A DNA stretch of 64,000 nucleotides from Octopus sinensis. Lineage: Eukaryota. Positions 1 to 11,870 of the stretch are shown here, piece after piece. Below the pieces are notes generated by a model. The model was not told where the DNA came from. It was given only the letters and a program-made list of their open reading frames with translations, and did not search any database. Where the stretch lies: the NCBI RefSeq assembly GCF_006345805.1, contig NC_042999.1:7874001-7938000 (forward strand), in the 5' to 3' direction. The first letter of the stretch is position 1; each line of letters starts with the position of its first letter. Made by a program: the position numbers and the translations under genes.

Positions 1-180
1 GTGTGTGTGTACATATGTACGTATGTATGTATAATGGAATAAACTGAAAACATTTCATAACTCTCCAACATTTAATCGCTGCTAAACATAAGAAAATTCT
101 AATGAGAAGTGAAAGAACTTTTGATTTATTCTCCTTATTTAAACAATATTTACTTGATGTATTTTTTTAAAATTTGTAAT

Positions 181-340
181 TGTTATAAGCATAATGTCGT
201 GATAGCGAAAGTTAGACTGGCGGGTGGAAGTGACAAACAAGCGTTTCTAAGTTTTTAAAGATGGCGACGCATATTCACAGAGGCATTAATCAAAGCGAAA
301 GTGCGCCGTTGAGAATGAGCTGTACGTCTTGAGCAAACAA
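181..340 (+). promoter_or_regulatory. Possible CpG-enriched promoter or first-exon region
   Basis: About 11 CpGs in ~150 bp, GGAAGT (ETS-like) and AAGATGGCG (YY1-like, 258-266), possible donor GTACGT at 322. Confidence 0.2.
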
Positions 341-491
341 ACGTTCAGAAGAGACAAAGGAAAAAAACTAATTAAAATTTCAATGTTTAAGTTTCTACAA
401 GCATTTGTGATTATTGTTTCAAAAGTTTGCTCACAGCTTTAGCCACCACATACACCACACACACACACGCACACACACACACACAGACACA

Positions 492-537
<46 letters not shown>

Positions 538-715
538 AACAAACGTATAGATATCATTCATGTCACCTTGAATGATTGTGTTTATTTAAACATGAAAACA
601 TAGATGCATAAGTATATGTGTGAAAACATGGACGGCAGACAGGCATACACACACACACACACACGCACACACGCGCACACGTACACACACACACACGCGC
701 GCACACTGACACATA

Positions 716-1139
716 GGCGCAAGCATGACTGTATGGTAAGAAGCTTGCTTACCAACCACATGGTTCTGGGTTCAGTCCCTCTGCGTGGCACTGTGGGCAA
801 GTGTCGTCTGCTATAGCCTTGGGCCAACCAAAGCCTTGTGAGTGGATTTGGTAGACGGAAACTGAAAGAAGCCCATGGTACATACATATATATATATATA
901 ATTTAATAAATAAAATATATGTATGCATACATACATACATATATGTACGTACCTACATCTATATGTATATATACATGCATATATATTATATATATATATA
1001 TATAATATATATATATATATATGAGTACAGGACACCACAAATAAACGTAGAACACAACGAATGTATGCATATATTTCATTTATTTAATTATTATATGACT
1101 GAGCGCCCTCGCGTCGTTTCGTTTCTTTTCTTCCAAGTA

Positions 1140-1220
<81 letters not shown>

Positions 1221-1235
1221 ATATATATTATATAT

Positions 1236-1267
<32 letters not shown>

Positions 1268-1520
1268 AGCATAATATATATTATATATATACATGTATAT
1301 TTGTATGTGTGTGTTTTGTTGCTAGTTTATCCCCCTACCATCGCTTGACAACCGATGCTGGTGTTTATATGTCCCTGTAACTTAGCGGCTCGCGAGAATA
1401 GACCGATAGAATAAGCACCAGGCTTACAAAGATTAAGCCAAAGAGTTAATTTCGTCGACCAAAAGGCGGTGCTCCAGCATGGCCACAGTCAAATGACTGA
1501 AATAAAAGAATAAAAGAATA
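716..1520 (+). mobile_element. tRNA-derived SINE family A, split by an expanded internal (TA)n and a nested insert
   Basis: Head with A/B-box-like motifs (…GTATGGT…, GGTTCAGTCCC) at 716-877 and 3' half ending CAGCATGGCCACAGTCAAATGACTGAAA(TAAAAGAA)n at 1303-1520. Confidence 0.85.
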
Positions 1521-1534
1521 TATATAGGTATGTA

Positions 1535-1790
1535 TGTCACGTGACCGACCAGACTATTGCATATTGCTATACATCGCTGGTCACAATGCACTTCGCATTG
1601 CTTTAGCTTGGAAAGATGCCAAACTCACTGGATAGGCGAGCTAGCCAACGTTACTGGCGATCGGAAGGCTGAGTACACTGGAGCAACGTGAAATGAACTG
1701 TTTTGCTCAAGAACACAACGCGTCGCCCGGGCCACGGATCATGTCCACGACCGCACGATCGTGAGTGTAACATCCTAACCATCAGGTCAC
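1535..1790 (-). mobile_element. SINE family D variant (different 3' half, also seen at 42203-42307)
   Basis: Shares CTCAAGAACACAAC and the tRNA-like head. The tail GTGACCGACCAGACTA recurs at 42205. Confidence 0.7.
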
Positions 1791-1839
<49 letters not shown>

Positions 1840-2380
1840 AGAGGGTTATGGCATATTATCGTAGCAGAGAACAGTATAAAGCTCGTACACTTTCAGATTT
1901 CACCCTGCGCTATCCAGGTTTGCGTTTGGGATTCTGTTTTGTGTGAAGAGATAATTGAAAAAAAATTTGGAGTCAACAAGAAGGAGTACAGTTGGACATT
2001 TATTTTCAATTCCTACAATTGTTTCTACTCAACGTTGTTCTTCAAGAGTACAAGTACTTGATTACGCAACCGTTTCCCTGCATTACGAGATCTAGTTGTG
2101 TTTCCTCAGGCGATATGTAAATATCGTCACCGTAATTTCAAATCGTCGGCTAAAGAGCATCCTCTCTGTCTTTTTTTTTCCAATTATACATATATAAATA
2201 TAGAGTAGTGTTACTACAAGGCACCAATATTTACTGGAAATAGCAGTCGATACATTTACGACGCTATAGTAAAGCTTCACTGCGTTTTTACTGGCAGAGA
2301 CGTGTGAGTGCAACAAACATGAAAAATGTTGTCTTACCTCTAGGAAGAACATTAGATAAATGAACAACCCAGAACCGGAT

Positions 2381-2455
2381 AATCCAGTACCTTGGTTTCG
2401 GACTCTTCAAATATGTTTGTCAACGTAAATTTGATCAGTCTTCATCAGCTGCATT
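2381..2455 (-). ncRNA. Type I hammerhead ribozyme-like motif with intact core
   Basis: Minus strand: cag CTGATGA A GACT GA TCAAAT...ATTTGA AG AGTC C GAAA CCAAG GTA ctg, giving CUGAUGA, extended stem II, GAAA, short stem III and a GUA site. Confidence 0.6.
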
Positions 2456-2638
2456 TACCTAGACAATATTTTCAAATGCTGCTACATCATTGCCAGTATA
2501 CTCGCCTGAAGGCTTAGGCGTTAACAGAACCGAGAACAATTTTTCAATGAAAAATAAAATATTGCAATACAAATGTATTACTTTCCAGTAAAATAAAGCA
2601 TCGCAAAGGTAGAAGTATAAATACAGAGAAGTGGTCAA

Positions 2639-2696
<58 letters not shown>

Positions 2697-3137
2697 TGAA
2701 CTTCCTACATGCTACGTCTTTCACCGTCAACTTCCAAACTTTCATTGGCTAAAGTGCATTTTTAAAAAAAGATATATAGACGCCGTCCTTCTCAGAAGGC
2801 TAATAAAATATCCGTTCTTAGTCTCAAGGGAGTCACACACACACAATGTGTGTGAGGAGAGCTATGGAGAAAGAACAGTCATATAATATATTTGATAACC
2901 TTTCCTTAACCACTTTAGTTTGTGAGATCCTGTTCATTGCGTCCTGTAATAAAACATCTGGACGTTATCAAGAAAGAGCAAAACAATAACTGGTATATCT
3001 CCAATACTGAAAGAAGGAAAGGAATTTGGATCGTGAAAAGTTAGTTGTTTCAGTGATAACATTCTTTCAATTATAGAGATAAAGCCTGGAATTTGGGAGG
3101 AGAGGGATACTCGAATAAAGCACCCCATTGCTCAAAT

Positions 3138-3535
3138 GGCTGTTATTTTATCGACCCCGAAAGGATAAATAACAGGGGAAGTCGACTTCAGTGACATTTG
3201 AACCAAGAACGTGACGGCCGACGAAATGCTGCTAAACAATTTTTGTCTGCCGTGCTAACGTTTCTGCCAGCTCGCCACCTTTAAATATCTGTGCGATAAT
3301 ATATTTCTTTATTGCCCACAAGGGGCTAAACACAGAGGGGAGACAAACAAGGACAGACAAAGGGATTAAGTCAATTACATCGACCCCAGTGCGTAACTGG
3401 TACTTATTTAATCGACCTCGAAAGGATGAAAGGCAAAGTCGACCTCGGCGGAATTTGAACTCAGAACGTAACGGCAGACGTAATACGAATAAGCATTTCG
3501 CCCGGCGCGCTAACGTTTCTGCCAGCTCGCCGCCT
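3138..3535 (-). mobile_element. SINE family B, two adjacent copies (older 3138-3280, younger 3302-3535)
   Basis: Head GGCGAGCTGGCAGAAACGTTAGC...GAGTTCAAATTCC. 21-bp TSD at 3281-3301 and 3536-3556. Confidence 0.9.
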
Positions 3536-4214
3536 TTAAATATCTGTGTGATAATAGTTGGTAAATATGTTGGTTGTTTGATCTCTCCAGTCGTATATAG
3601 AGGGGGGGAGTTAAGAATGGGGAGTAAAAGTCAGATGGATAGTGAAAGCGAAATTAAAGAAAAACACAGTTGAAACAAGAGGTGCAGGATGAGTGCATAT
3701 ACTAGATGTGGTAGGAGGGAGAGAAGGTGAGAGAGTAGGAATGGAAGGAGTTATACAAATGAGATATCTGTTTTATTTTAAGGTAATAAATATTTTTCTT
3801 ATGAAAGTTAGTATTCATTTCATCAGGATGTATAAACACCAAGAAATTTGATAAAAGTTAAATAGTAATTATTGTTTGTACGCCATATTTGCTGATATTT
3901 CCCAAGATAGCCAAAGTATACTTGTGAAGTTTCGAAATATGACGAGTAACACTGCAGACTGTATGTAATATTTTAACGGACATTAAGCTCTCTTGTACGC
4001 GATAAAATAATGGAAGGAAGATGTGTTCAGTGAATAGGCACCTTGACTTGGTTATTTATTTTATTGACAGCGGAATGATGAAAGCAAAAGCTGACCCCGG
4101 TTGGAATTGAAGTCAAAAACCTAAAGAGCCGGAACTCCAGACGTAATGCTGTTTTCGGCTGTATAATTTAAAATATCGCAAAGCACAGACGAATTTCTAA
4201 TCTAATCGAATATA

Positions 4215-4580
4215 TATTCTCCATTTGAGTCAAGTGAAGTTCTGACCGCTTTCTGAAAGTTTCGTGATGCCAGCTTTACAGAAAACCAAAGTTTCTGTAA
4301 TAAAAACACCATTTTTGCTCAGTTTTTAAGAATCTGGTGTTTCATAATGTTTCGTCGCCAGTAAAATTATTCCAAGCATTGAAATAAACGGTAATTGTGA
4401 AAGTGCAAGATTGAGAGACCACGGGGGTCAGGTGGCTGAAGCCTGACCTTGCCAGACTTTTAGATTTTGGAAGAAATGATTCTTGCAATATGGTGGGGTG
4501 TTGCGCATTATCACGATGGAAAACAAGATTCTTTCTATTGTCCAAAGAGCATTTCTTTTTTTAGTTTTCCATTCAACTGA
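4215..4580 (-). mobile_element. Decayed mariner (Tc1/mariner) transposase C-terminal fragment
   Basis: NRKNLVFHRDNAQHPT resembles mariner RKGVxFHHDNARPHT. Downstream YFNAWNNF and FCKAGITKLSE resemble LFRSLQNFL and FYxxGIxKLPERW. Frameshifted. Confidence 0.7.
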
Positions 4581-4782
4581 GTTCATCGATCCTCTTTATT
4601 AGCCTCTAACCCCGTCTCAATGACATGCATGTTTCCCCCCCACCCCTCACTAGCACATTCTGTTGTACCTTTAACTCTTCCACTTTGCGGCCGCTTATTA
4701 TAGAACTTTCGATTCGTTTCAAGGGACGAGAGTGTACACGGAAGGCTCGACGGTTTATCACGATTGTGTGTATGTACGTGTG

Positions 4783-4784
<2 letters not shown>

Positions 4785-4848
<64 letters not shown>

Positions 4849-4858
4849 CGTACGTGTG
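4785..4858. repeat. (TG)n microsatellite
   Basis: Directly visible. Similar tracts at 448-535, 2646-2692, 21770-21814 and 56080-56133. Confidence 0.95.
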
Positions 4859-5150
4859 TAGTCGTGAAGTATGCAGAGAGCTGAGGAAAAAACCCCACTG
4901 ACTTTAAAACGAAGCGACTAAGTTACCAGTTCGTTATTCTGTCGCATTTACAATCAGAAATTTAGTGAACCAGTGATTTGCTAATAAACAACGGTGCTCT
5001 TTCACACACACACATACATACATACATACATACACACATACATACATACACACACACATACATACATACATACATACATACACACACATACATACATACA
5101 TACATACATACATACATACATACATACATACATACATACATACATACGTA

Positions 5151-5480
5151 CATTATGGCTGCCCCCTCGGTTATCGAGTATGGCCATTGCACGAAGCTTA
5201 ACTGTTATTGGTGCTGTGATCGAATGTGACTTTTTAACCCAGCTAAAGATCTACAATGTCTTGTACAGAATTGGCAACTAAAACCTTTACTGGTAATAGC
5301 CGGTTGAAGTTGTAACTGGGCTTCAGGTACCATTGCATGTCGTTTAAGTCCTCCTGCCGAATTACACTCTCTTCCACATGCCTGACAGATATGATTAGTA
5401 TGGTGTGTAACACCACCACCAGTGGCCAGGTTGTCACTCATCTGTCCCGCTTTATGACTACGAAGATGACTCTACGAAGA
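5151..5480 (-). mobile_element. RTE-type LINE 3' end fragment with tandem C2H2-like fingers
   Basis: ICQACGRECNSAGGLKRH and FSCQFCTRHCRSLAGLKSHIRSQH plus an upstream partial SHLRSH, short 3' UTR, (TATG)n on both sides. Confidence 0.55.
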
Positions 5481-5654
5481 CATACATACATACATACATA
5501 CATACATACATACATACATACATACATACATACATACATACATACAGATATATGGTCCCAGTACAACGAGGGTCTGGGAGACTGTCTGACATTAATTGAT
5601 TTATCACCATCAACTAGATTACAGTTGACAACTCACAATGGATTTAATTCTAAA

Positions 5655-6047
5655 TTCTTTTACTTGTTTCAGTCATTTCACTGCGGCCATGCTGGAGCAC
5701 CACCTTTTAGTCGAGCAAATCAACCCCAGCATTTATTCTTTTGTAAGCTTAGTACTTATTCTATCGGTCTCTTTTGCCGAACCACTAAGTTACGGGGGAT
5801 GTAAACACACCAACATCGGTTGTCAAGCGATGGTGAGAGGAACAAACACAGACACTCAAACATAGATATAGATGTATGTATATAGGACGAGCTTCTTTCA
5901 GTTTCTGTCTACCAAATCCATTCACAAGGCTTTGGTCGGTCCGAGGCTATAGTAGAAGACACTTGCTCAAAGTGCTACGCAGTGGGACTGAACCCGGAAC
6001 CATGTGCTTGGTAAGCAAGCTAGTTAATACACAGCCACTCCTGCACC
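5655..6047 (-). mobile_element. SINE family A
   Basis: Full head, core and tail on the reverse strand. Confidence 0.9.
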
Positions 6048-6370
6048 TATGGCTGGAGATTACATGCTGCATAAAATCTTCTAGATATAAATAACTACGT
6101 TGCCATTCCTTTATCTTGACTCCCCAATACTATTTTTCCTCTGCTCCTCTCTAAATTATAATAGGCTTAATATGATACGTATTATTTTCTAAACTCATTC
6201 TGCCACAGATATGACATAAGGAAACAATGGAATTAATTTGGTTTCTATTATTGATGTTAATCTGTTTAAAATAGTTTATCTTTTATATTTAAAATCTATA
6301 CGGTCATCTGCAGCTGAAATTGATCAAGTAAAAGGAGTCGCCTGAAACGGCCGTAATGTACTGACGCTTA

Positions 6371-6502
6371 AACCACATTGTTCCGGGTTCAGTCCCACTG
6401 AATGGCACCATGGGCCAAATGTTTTCTACTGTAACCTCAGGCTTACCAAATCCTTGTGAATGGACTTGATAGACAGAAACTGTAATAAGCCCTTCGTGTG
6501 TG

Positions 6503-6580
<78 letters not shown>

Positions 6581-6835
6581 TATGTGTGTGTGTGTGTGTG
6601 TATATACATATGTGTGTGTGTGTGTCCTTGTGTCTATGTTTGTTACCCACTACTGATTGACAACCGGTATTGCTGGGCTTACGTCCCCGTAATATAGCGG
6701 TTCGTTAAAAGTGATTGATAGATTAAGTACCAGATTTTAAAAAATAAGCACTGGAGCCGATTCGCTTACCTAAACTTTTTAAAGGTGGTGCCCCATTATG
6801 GCTGCGGTCTAATGACTGAAAAATGTAGAAAGATA
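6371..6835 (+). mobile_element. SINE family A, diverged
   Basis: Head, internal (TA)n/(TG)n and tail all recognisable. Confidence 0.8.
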
Positions 6836-6881
6836 TGTATTTATGCATATATACATGTTTATATACTTATACATACATGCG

Positions 6882-6950
<69 letters not shown>

Positions 6951-8664
6951 CACACATATATAATATATATATATAATATACATATATATATACATATATA
7001 TATATACAATATATATATATATATATACATGCATATATATATACATATATATATACATATATATATATTTTGTTGTGTCTGGGGGAGTCATTCTCTTTTA
7101 GTGCCTTATAATTTAACACACACACTGGTAAAATTTCCACTTATTTGGTTTTTATTTTTCAAAAACTTTCATTGCGTCTTGCAACCTTTTCAATAGTTTT
7201 CACTCTGTCCGTTATTACTTTTAGCTTTTGTGATTCTGATTGTTAAACAATGCCCAACAAATTAAGGGTTTTTTTTTTTATTATTTCTGAATTGGTGAAC
7301 GTTTGCTTTTTACAAACAAATAATTGCAGTACACTTAGTTGAGTGTGTATATTCTACGAGAAACTGAAACCTCGTGAATCGTAACACTAAGTTAACCATT
7401 ACCGAATACCCCAACGATTGAACTTGGGAAGCAACGTCATAATATATAAGCTTAAAATTTTCAAACAGTTCTAAATATGATTAACCAACAGTGCATAGAA
7501 ATGTGATCGGTTGCCAAAAACCATTAGAAAATTCGTTACACATTAATCAATTCAATTGTGCTGTCCAGAACTAGAGATATTTTCCTCTATTTGTGTGCAA
7601 CAAGACGAGGTGTTTTCCTGCCTTCAGAAACATATGCATAAAACATATAAATATTGTTAATGAAGCAGATATTGTTCATGAAGAATTAGTGCTAATGAAT
7701 AAATGAAAGTTTTATATTTATATGAGCATTTTTCACGGTATAACAAATACATTATGTAGGAAATAAACTATTTTAGCCAGTTGCTAGTCGTAAATATCTC
7801 ATGATACAGCAACGGATGTTTCTACAGAAATTTACCAATTATAATCATTTCTTTAAAATCGCAAAATTGCTATTAAAGAATACTCTATGTTTTCCAAGAG
7901 ACAGAGATAATGGCGTATATTAGACAGTGAAACAGGGAAGAATATTTTTGGACATGCCCATTGTTATTTATTGAAGGAATTCAGCTACTCTTCAACAGTT
8001 GTAATCATATAAGAGCAGAATCTGCGCATATTTCAATCCATCTCATTCCCAGAATTTTCTTCCCACTGACATTTTCTGCCAATCACCCCTTTCTGTGCCG
8101 TCACTAATCTCCCCGTCCCGTCTGAGTTACCTCTTGAGATTAACATCTCACCTTTAACACACTCTCATATCTGCTATCACTCTCAACATCTTATATCTCT
8201 CGTCGGCAGTGCCCACAATCATCCCGCACTCACTATAGCCATCCCAACATACTTCTGATAACCATCTCTGTCACTGTACATCTCTCACTCTCACATCATC
8301 TCCCTATTTTCTTACCTCTCTTCAGGCCTATTATAGTGGTGCTGTCCAGCCTTCCTGTACAGCCACTTACAACCTCATTGCGGTAAGTGGCTGTTTGTCA
8401 CTCTCTGTGTCACGCTGATTATCCCCGAGAACTACGTTAAGGGTACACGTGTTTGTGGAATGCTCAGCCATTTGCACGTTAATTTCACGAGCAAGCTGTT
8501 CCGTTGATCGTATCAGCTGGGACCCTCGTCGTCGTAACCGGCGGAGTCTTTTTTTTTTAAGTGGCTGTACACGAAGGTACAGAGAGACTACGAGAGAGTC
8601 ATGGGCTCTGCCAATTCCTTCAGGCTCACCGAATTAAAACAAGAAATAGCATAACAATATATAT

Positions 8665-8815
8665 AGGTGCAGTAAAAAGTTTACTTTCCAATCACTTGGT
8701 TCTGGGTTCAGTCCCACTGTGTTGCACCTTGGGCAAGTGTCTTCTACTATAGCCTCGGGCTGATCAAAATCTTATAAATGGATTCAGTAGATGGAAACTG
8801 AAAGAAGCCCATCCT
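8665..8815 (+). mobile_element. SINE family A, 5' half
   Basis: GGTTCAGTCCCACTG...GGAAACTGAAAGAAGCCC. Confidence 0.8.
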
Positions 8816-9552
8816 ATAAATATTTATGTGTGTGTGTATGTGCATCTGTGCATGTACATATACATGAGCGGTTAGACTTCTTTTGGTAATTTGTCTCATA
8901 CTTGTCTCTCATTATGTGTTTACATATTTTTCACTTGTTGGTGATGTCCTGTACTTGATGAGTGTATATATATATATATATATATATAAATCTATATATA
9001 TATATAAATATATATGGCAACTGAAAGACGGAAGATGGAATATGCAAGAATCTATTATTAATCACGACAGTTGTTCCAACACATCTAGCATAGATTCCTC
9101 ATGGGTGGGACACTCAACAACTAGTTCAGAGCAGATGTATCTCGTCGGGTGATAAATAGAATTCGTTAAAATAACTGATCAGCAATGTAACTTGCCATTT
9201 TGTAGAGAGAAAAGCAGCCAGACGGAGGAAATATCTTCATTGAATATAGAAGATCAAAAAGAAAATCACAGACGGCAAAAAGAGGAACGAACACGCAATC
9301 CAGCGAGAAAAGAATCGAAAATAACCGATAACAAATATGGATGTATAAACGACCTCGGGCTCGCTGCATGGCGCAAGTACACTCGCTCATAAGCATCCGC
9401 AAAAATGTGAGCATACGCACACGTGAGGTTTTTAGTGCACTCATGATCACAAAGCGAATTACCTATCTACTTGGTGCTTGTAAGAATGGGGAAGTTAAAA
9501 GTAAACTTAAATCATTCATACCTTAAAGTAAATTAAATTATGTTACGTTTGC

Positions 9553-10065
9553 TCAAAATTCATTCCCACTGCATTCTGCGAAAGTACATTTATATGCGTG
9601 TAGGCATCTCGAGAGTCGTTCAGAAATTCTATTAATGATCTTCTCGTTTGTCCACAGAATAGAAAGGTACTCCTAGGAGCAGATATGGCATCTCCTGGAA
9701 ATTATATTGTATGGATCCGCGTACCTTAATTTTATCCTCCTTCAGTCGCCATAACATATCTGCCAAAGATGTTGAATGTCTCTTATTCAATGTCATAAAG
9801 TTGGCAACATGGTTACGATAACGATTCTTAAATGAATCAACCGTCTGCCCAATGTAAACATAGGGTCCTCCCTTTGTGTGCACGGTACATTTGTATACAA
9901 GATTTGTACTCATACAGAGATTCATCAAAGGACATCTTGATTTATCTCTGCATGAACATTTCTCGCATTTATTTGTATATAAGGCTTTCCCGACTCCCTT
10001 TACCGGCGTTGTTAACGTCTTAGCTGTATCATAAGTATTTCTACTAATACAAATTGATTGTAATT
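9553..10065 (-). mobile_element. Penelope-like element remnant, GIY-YIG endonuclease domain (frameshifted)
   Basis: CSCRDKSRCPLMNLCMSTNLVYKCTV...YVYIGQTVDSFKNRYRNH...STSLADMLWRLK, then after a frameshift PYNIISRRCHICS*E...SRCLH. This is the Cys/His plus VY..YIG pattern of PLE endonucleases. Confidence 0.85.
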
Positions 10066-10073
10066 GGTATTTA

Positions 10074-10305
10074 CCAAAAGTCACCCGACAGTAAATCAAA
10101 ATTCCATAAATACTTAATATTCAACTTTATTTATTCATTCCAATTATGAATGTTTAATAATTGAATGCTGTGAGCTATAAATCACCGTTTTTTTTTCAAA
10201 CATCTGTCTATTTATTAGCGAAATCTCATATAAAATTTTTTTTGTTTTAATCTTGGAATTGAAAAGTTTTGATTTACTGTCAGGTGACTTTTGGCCTACT
10301 CTGTA
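10074..10305. mobile_element. Tc1/mariner-type MITE
   Basis: 28-bp inverted repeats at 10074-10101 and 10267-10294 (1 mismatch). The right end extends to TA|CAGAGTAGGCC..., the left end is truncated. AT-rich non-coding core. Confidence 0.6.
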
Positions 10306-10737
10306 TATATACATATATATATATATGTGTGTGTGTGTACATATATATATATATGATACATTTATATAATATATTTCTATTCTTTTCTTTTAGTGGTTTC
10401 TGTCCGAGGCTGGGGCCATGCTGGAGCACCACCTTTAAAAAATATGGAACACTTTATATATATACATTATACGTATTATATATGTATATGTGGTTTGTGA
10501 GCCAGAAAACGTAGCCCTAAGCATTTTGTCCGATGCTCTAATGGTTCTGCCAGCTTGCTGCCTTGTATCAAGCTGCAATGAAAAATCTCAGTTATGCAAA
10601 ACTGTTTATGAAGTATATATTTATGTTATTTTGATAAGAAGCATAATGATAGGGACTTCGAAGTTTCAGCCTTCATTGGATCATCTGTTGGAGGCCAGTG
10701 GAAGAAAGCTGAAGTTACTGTCAATACTTGACTTGTA

Positions 10738-11130
10738 AAATTGTGCGGTAAGAACCTTGCTTCCCAACGATATGGTTGCGGGTTTGGTCCCACTGCATGG
10801 CACCTTGGACACTTGTCTTCTACTATAGCCTTGGACCGACTAAAGTCTTGTGAGTGGATTTCATAGATGGAAACTGAAAGAAGCCCATATATATATATGA
10901 GTGTGTGTGTGTGTGTGTGTTTGTATCTGTGTCTGTGTTTGTCCACCAGCCATCACTTGATGGCTGATGTTGATGTGTTTGCATCCCCGTAACTTAGTGG
11001 TTCAGCAAAACAGACCAATAGAATAAGTACTAGGTTCACAAAGAATAAGTCCTGGGGTGGATTTGTTTGACAAAAGGCAGTGCTCCAGCATGGCCACAAT
11101 CAAATGACTGAGACAATTAAAAGAATAAAA
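10738..11130 (+). mobile_element. SINE family A
   Basis: Head, core and tail match the other copies. Confidence 0.85.
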
Positions 11131-11380
11131 GGGCACGTAAAAAGCACCATCCGAACCTGGTCGATGCAAGCACCGCCTGACTGGCTCCCTGTGCTGGCAG
11201 CACGTAAAAAGCACCCACTACACTCTCAGAGCGATTGACACTAGGAAGGGCATCCAGCTGTAGAAACTTAACTAGATCAGATTGGGGCCTGGTGCAGCCT
11301 TCTGGCTTGGCAGTCCTCAGTCAAACTGTCCAACCTATGCGAGCATGAAAAGTGGACGTTAAGCGATGATGATGATGATG
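11131..11380 (+). mobile_element. Repeat family C (AGGAAGGGCATCCAGC core, (GAT)n tail)
   Basis: Core plus ...CATGCGAGCATGAAAAGTGGACGTTAAGC(GAT)n end. Confidence 0.8.
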
Positions 11381-11870
11381 GGGAAGAGGATATTTATGTC
11401 TGTTATGAGTGCACAAGTATGAGGAGGCATAAGACTCAGTGGTTACGGTTTTGGACTCATGATCGTAAGATTGTGGTTTCGATTCCTGGACCGGGCGACA
11501 TGTCGTGTTCTTGAGCAAAACACTTCATGTCACATTGCTCCAGTCTACTCAGCTGGTGAAAGGGCGTCATCTTAAGACAGACTATCATCCTGTCCAGGGT
11601 GGAACATACATATATATATATATGCCAGTGAAACTGGGAAACTGGCCCTGTGCCACTTACAGAGTAATATGAATTAATCTTGACTATACAGGCATGTAAA
11701 GCAATTAGCAAAGGCAAAGTACATGCCACCGGGACAAACTTCCTTGAAAGTGTTGGCTGGTGTACTAGAGAGAGAGAGGAGGGGGGGCAGGGAGAGAAAT
11801 AGAATTTGAGACACATAGACAGATAAATAAATCGATAGATAATAATTTGAAATGAAAAAGAATGATGTTA

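Noticed and set aside
582-1294. ORFs rich in YI/IY, VC/CV and HT/TH (here and throughout the track)
   Set aside because: Translations of (TA)n, (TG)n and (CATA)n microsatellites with no coding signal.
1876-1920. TATAAA followed by a TCAG initiator-like word
   Set aside because: Spacing is ~21 nt rather than ~30, and such words are common in AT-rich DNA.
3790-3836. CTGATGAA-ATGAA/TTCAT-GAAA on the minus strand
   Set aside because: AT-only stems, extra bases and no stem I; expected by chance in AT-rich DNA.
8359-8394. 12-bp perfect hairpin ACAGCCACTTAC / GTAAGTGGCTGT
   Set aside because: Single small stem at a repeat junction with no further functional evidence.
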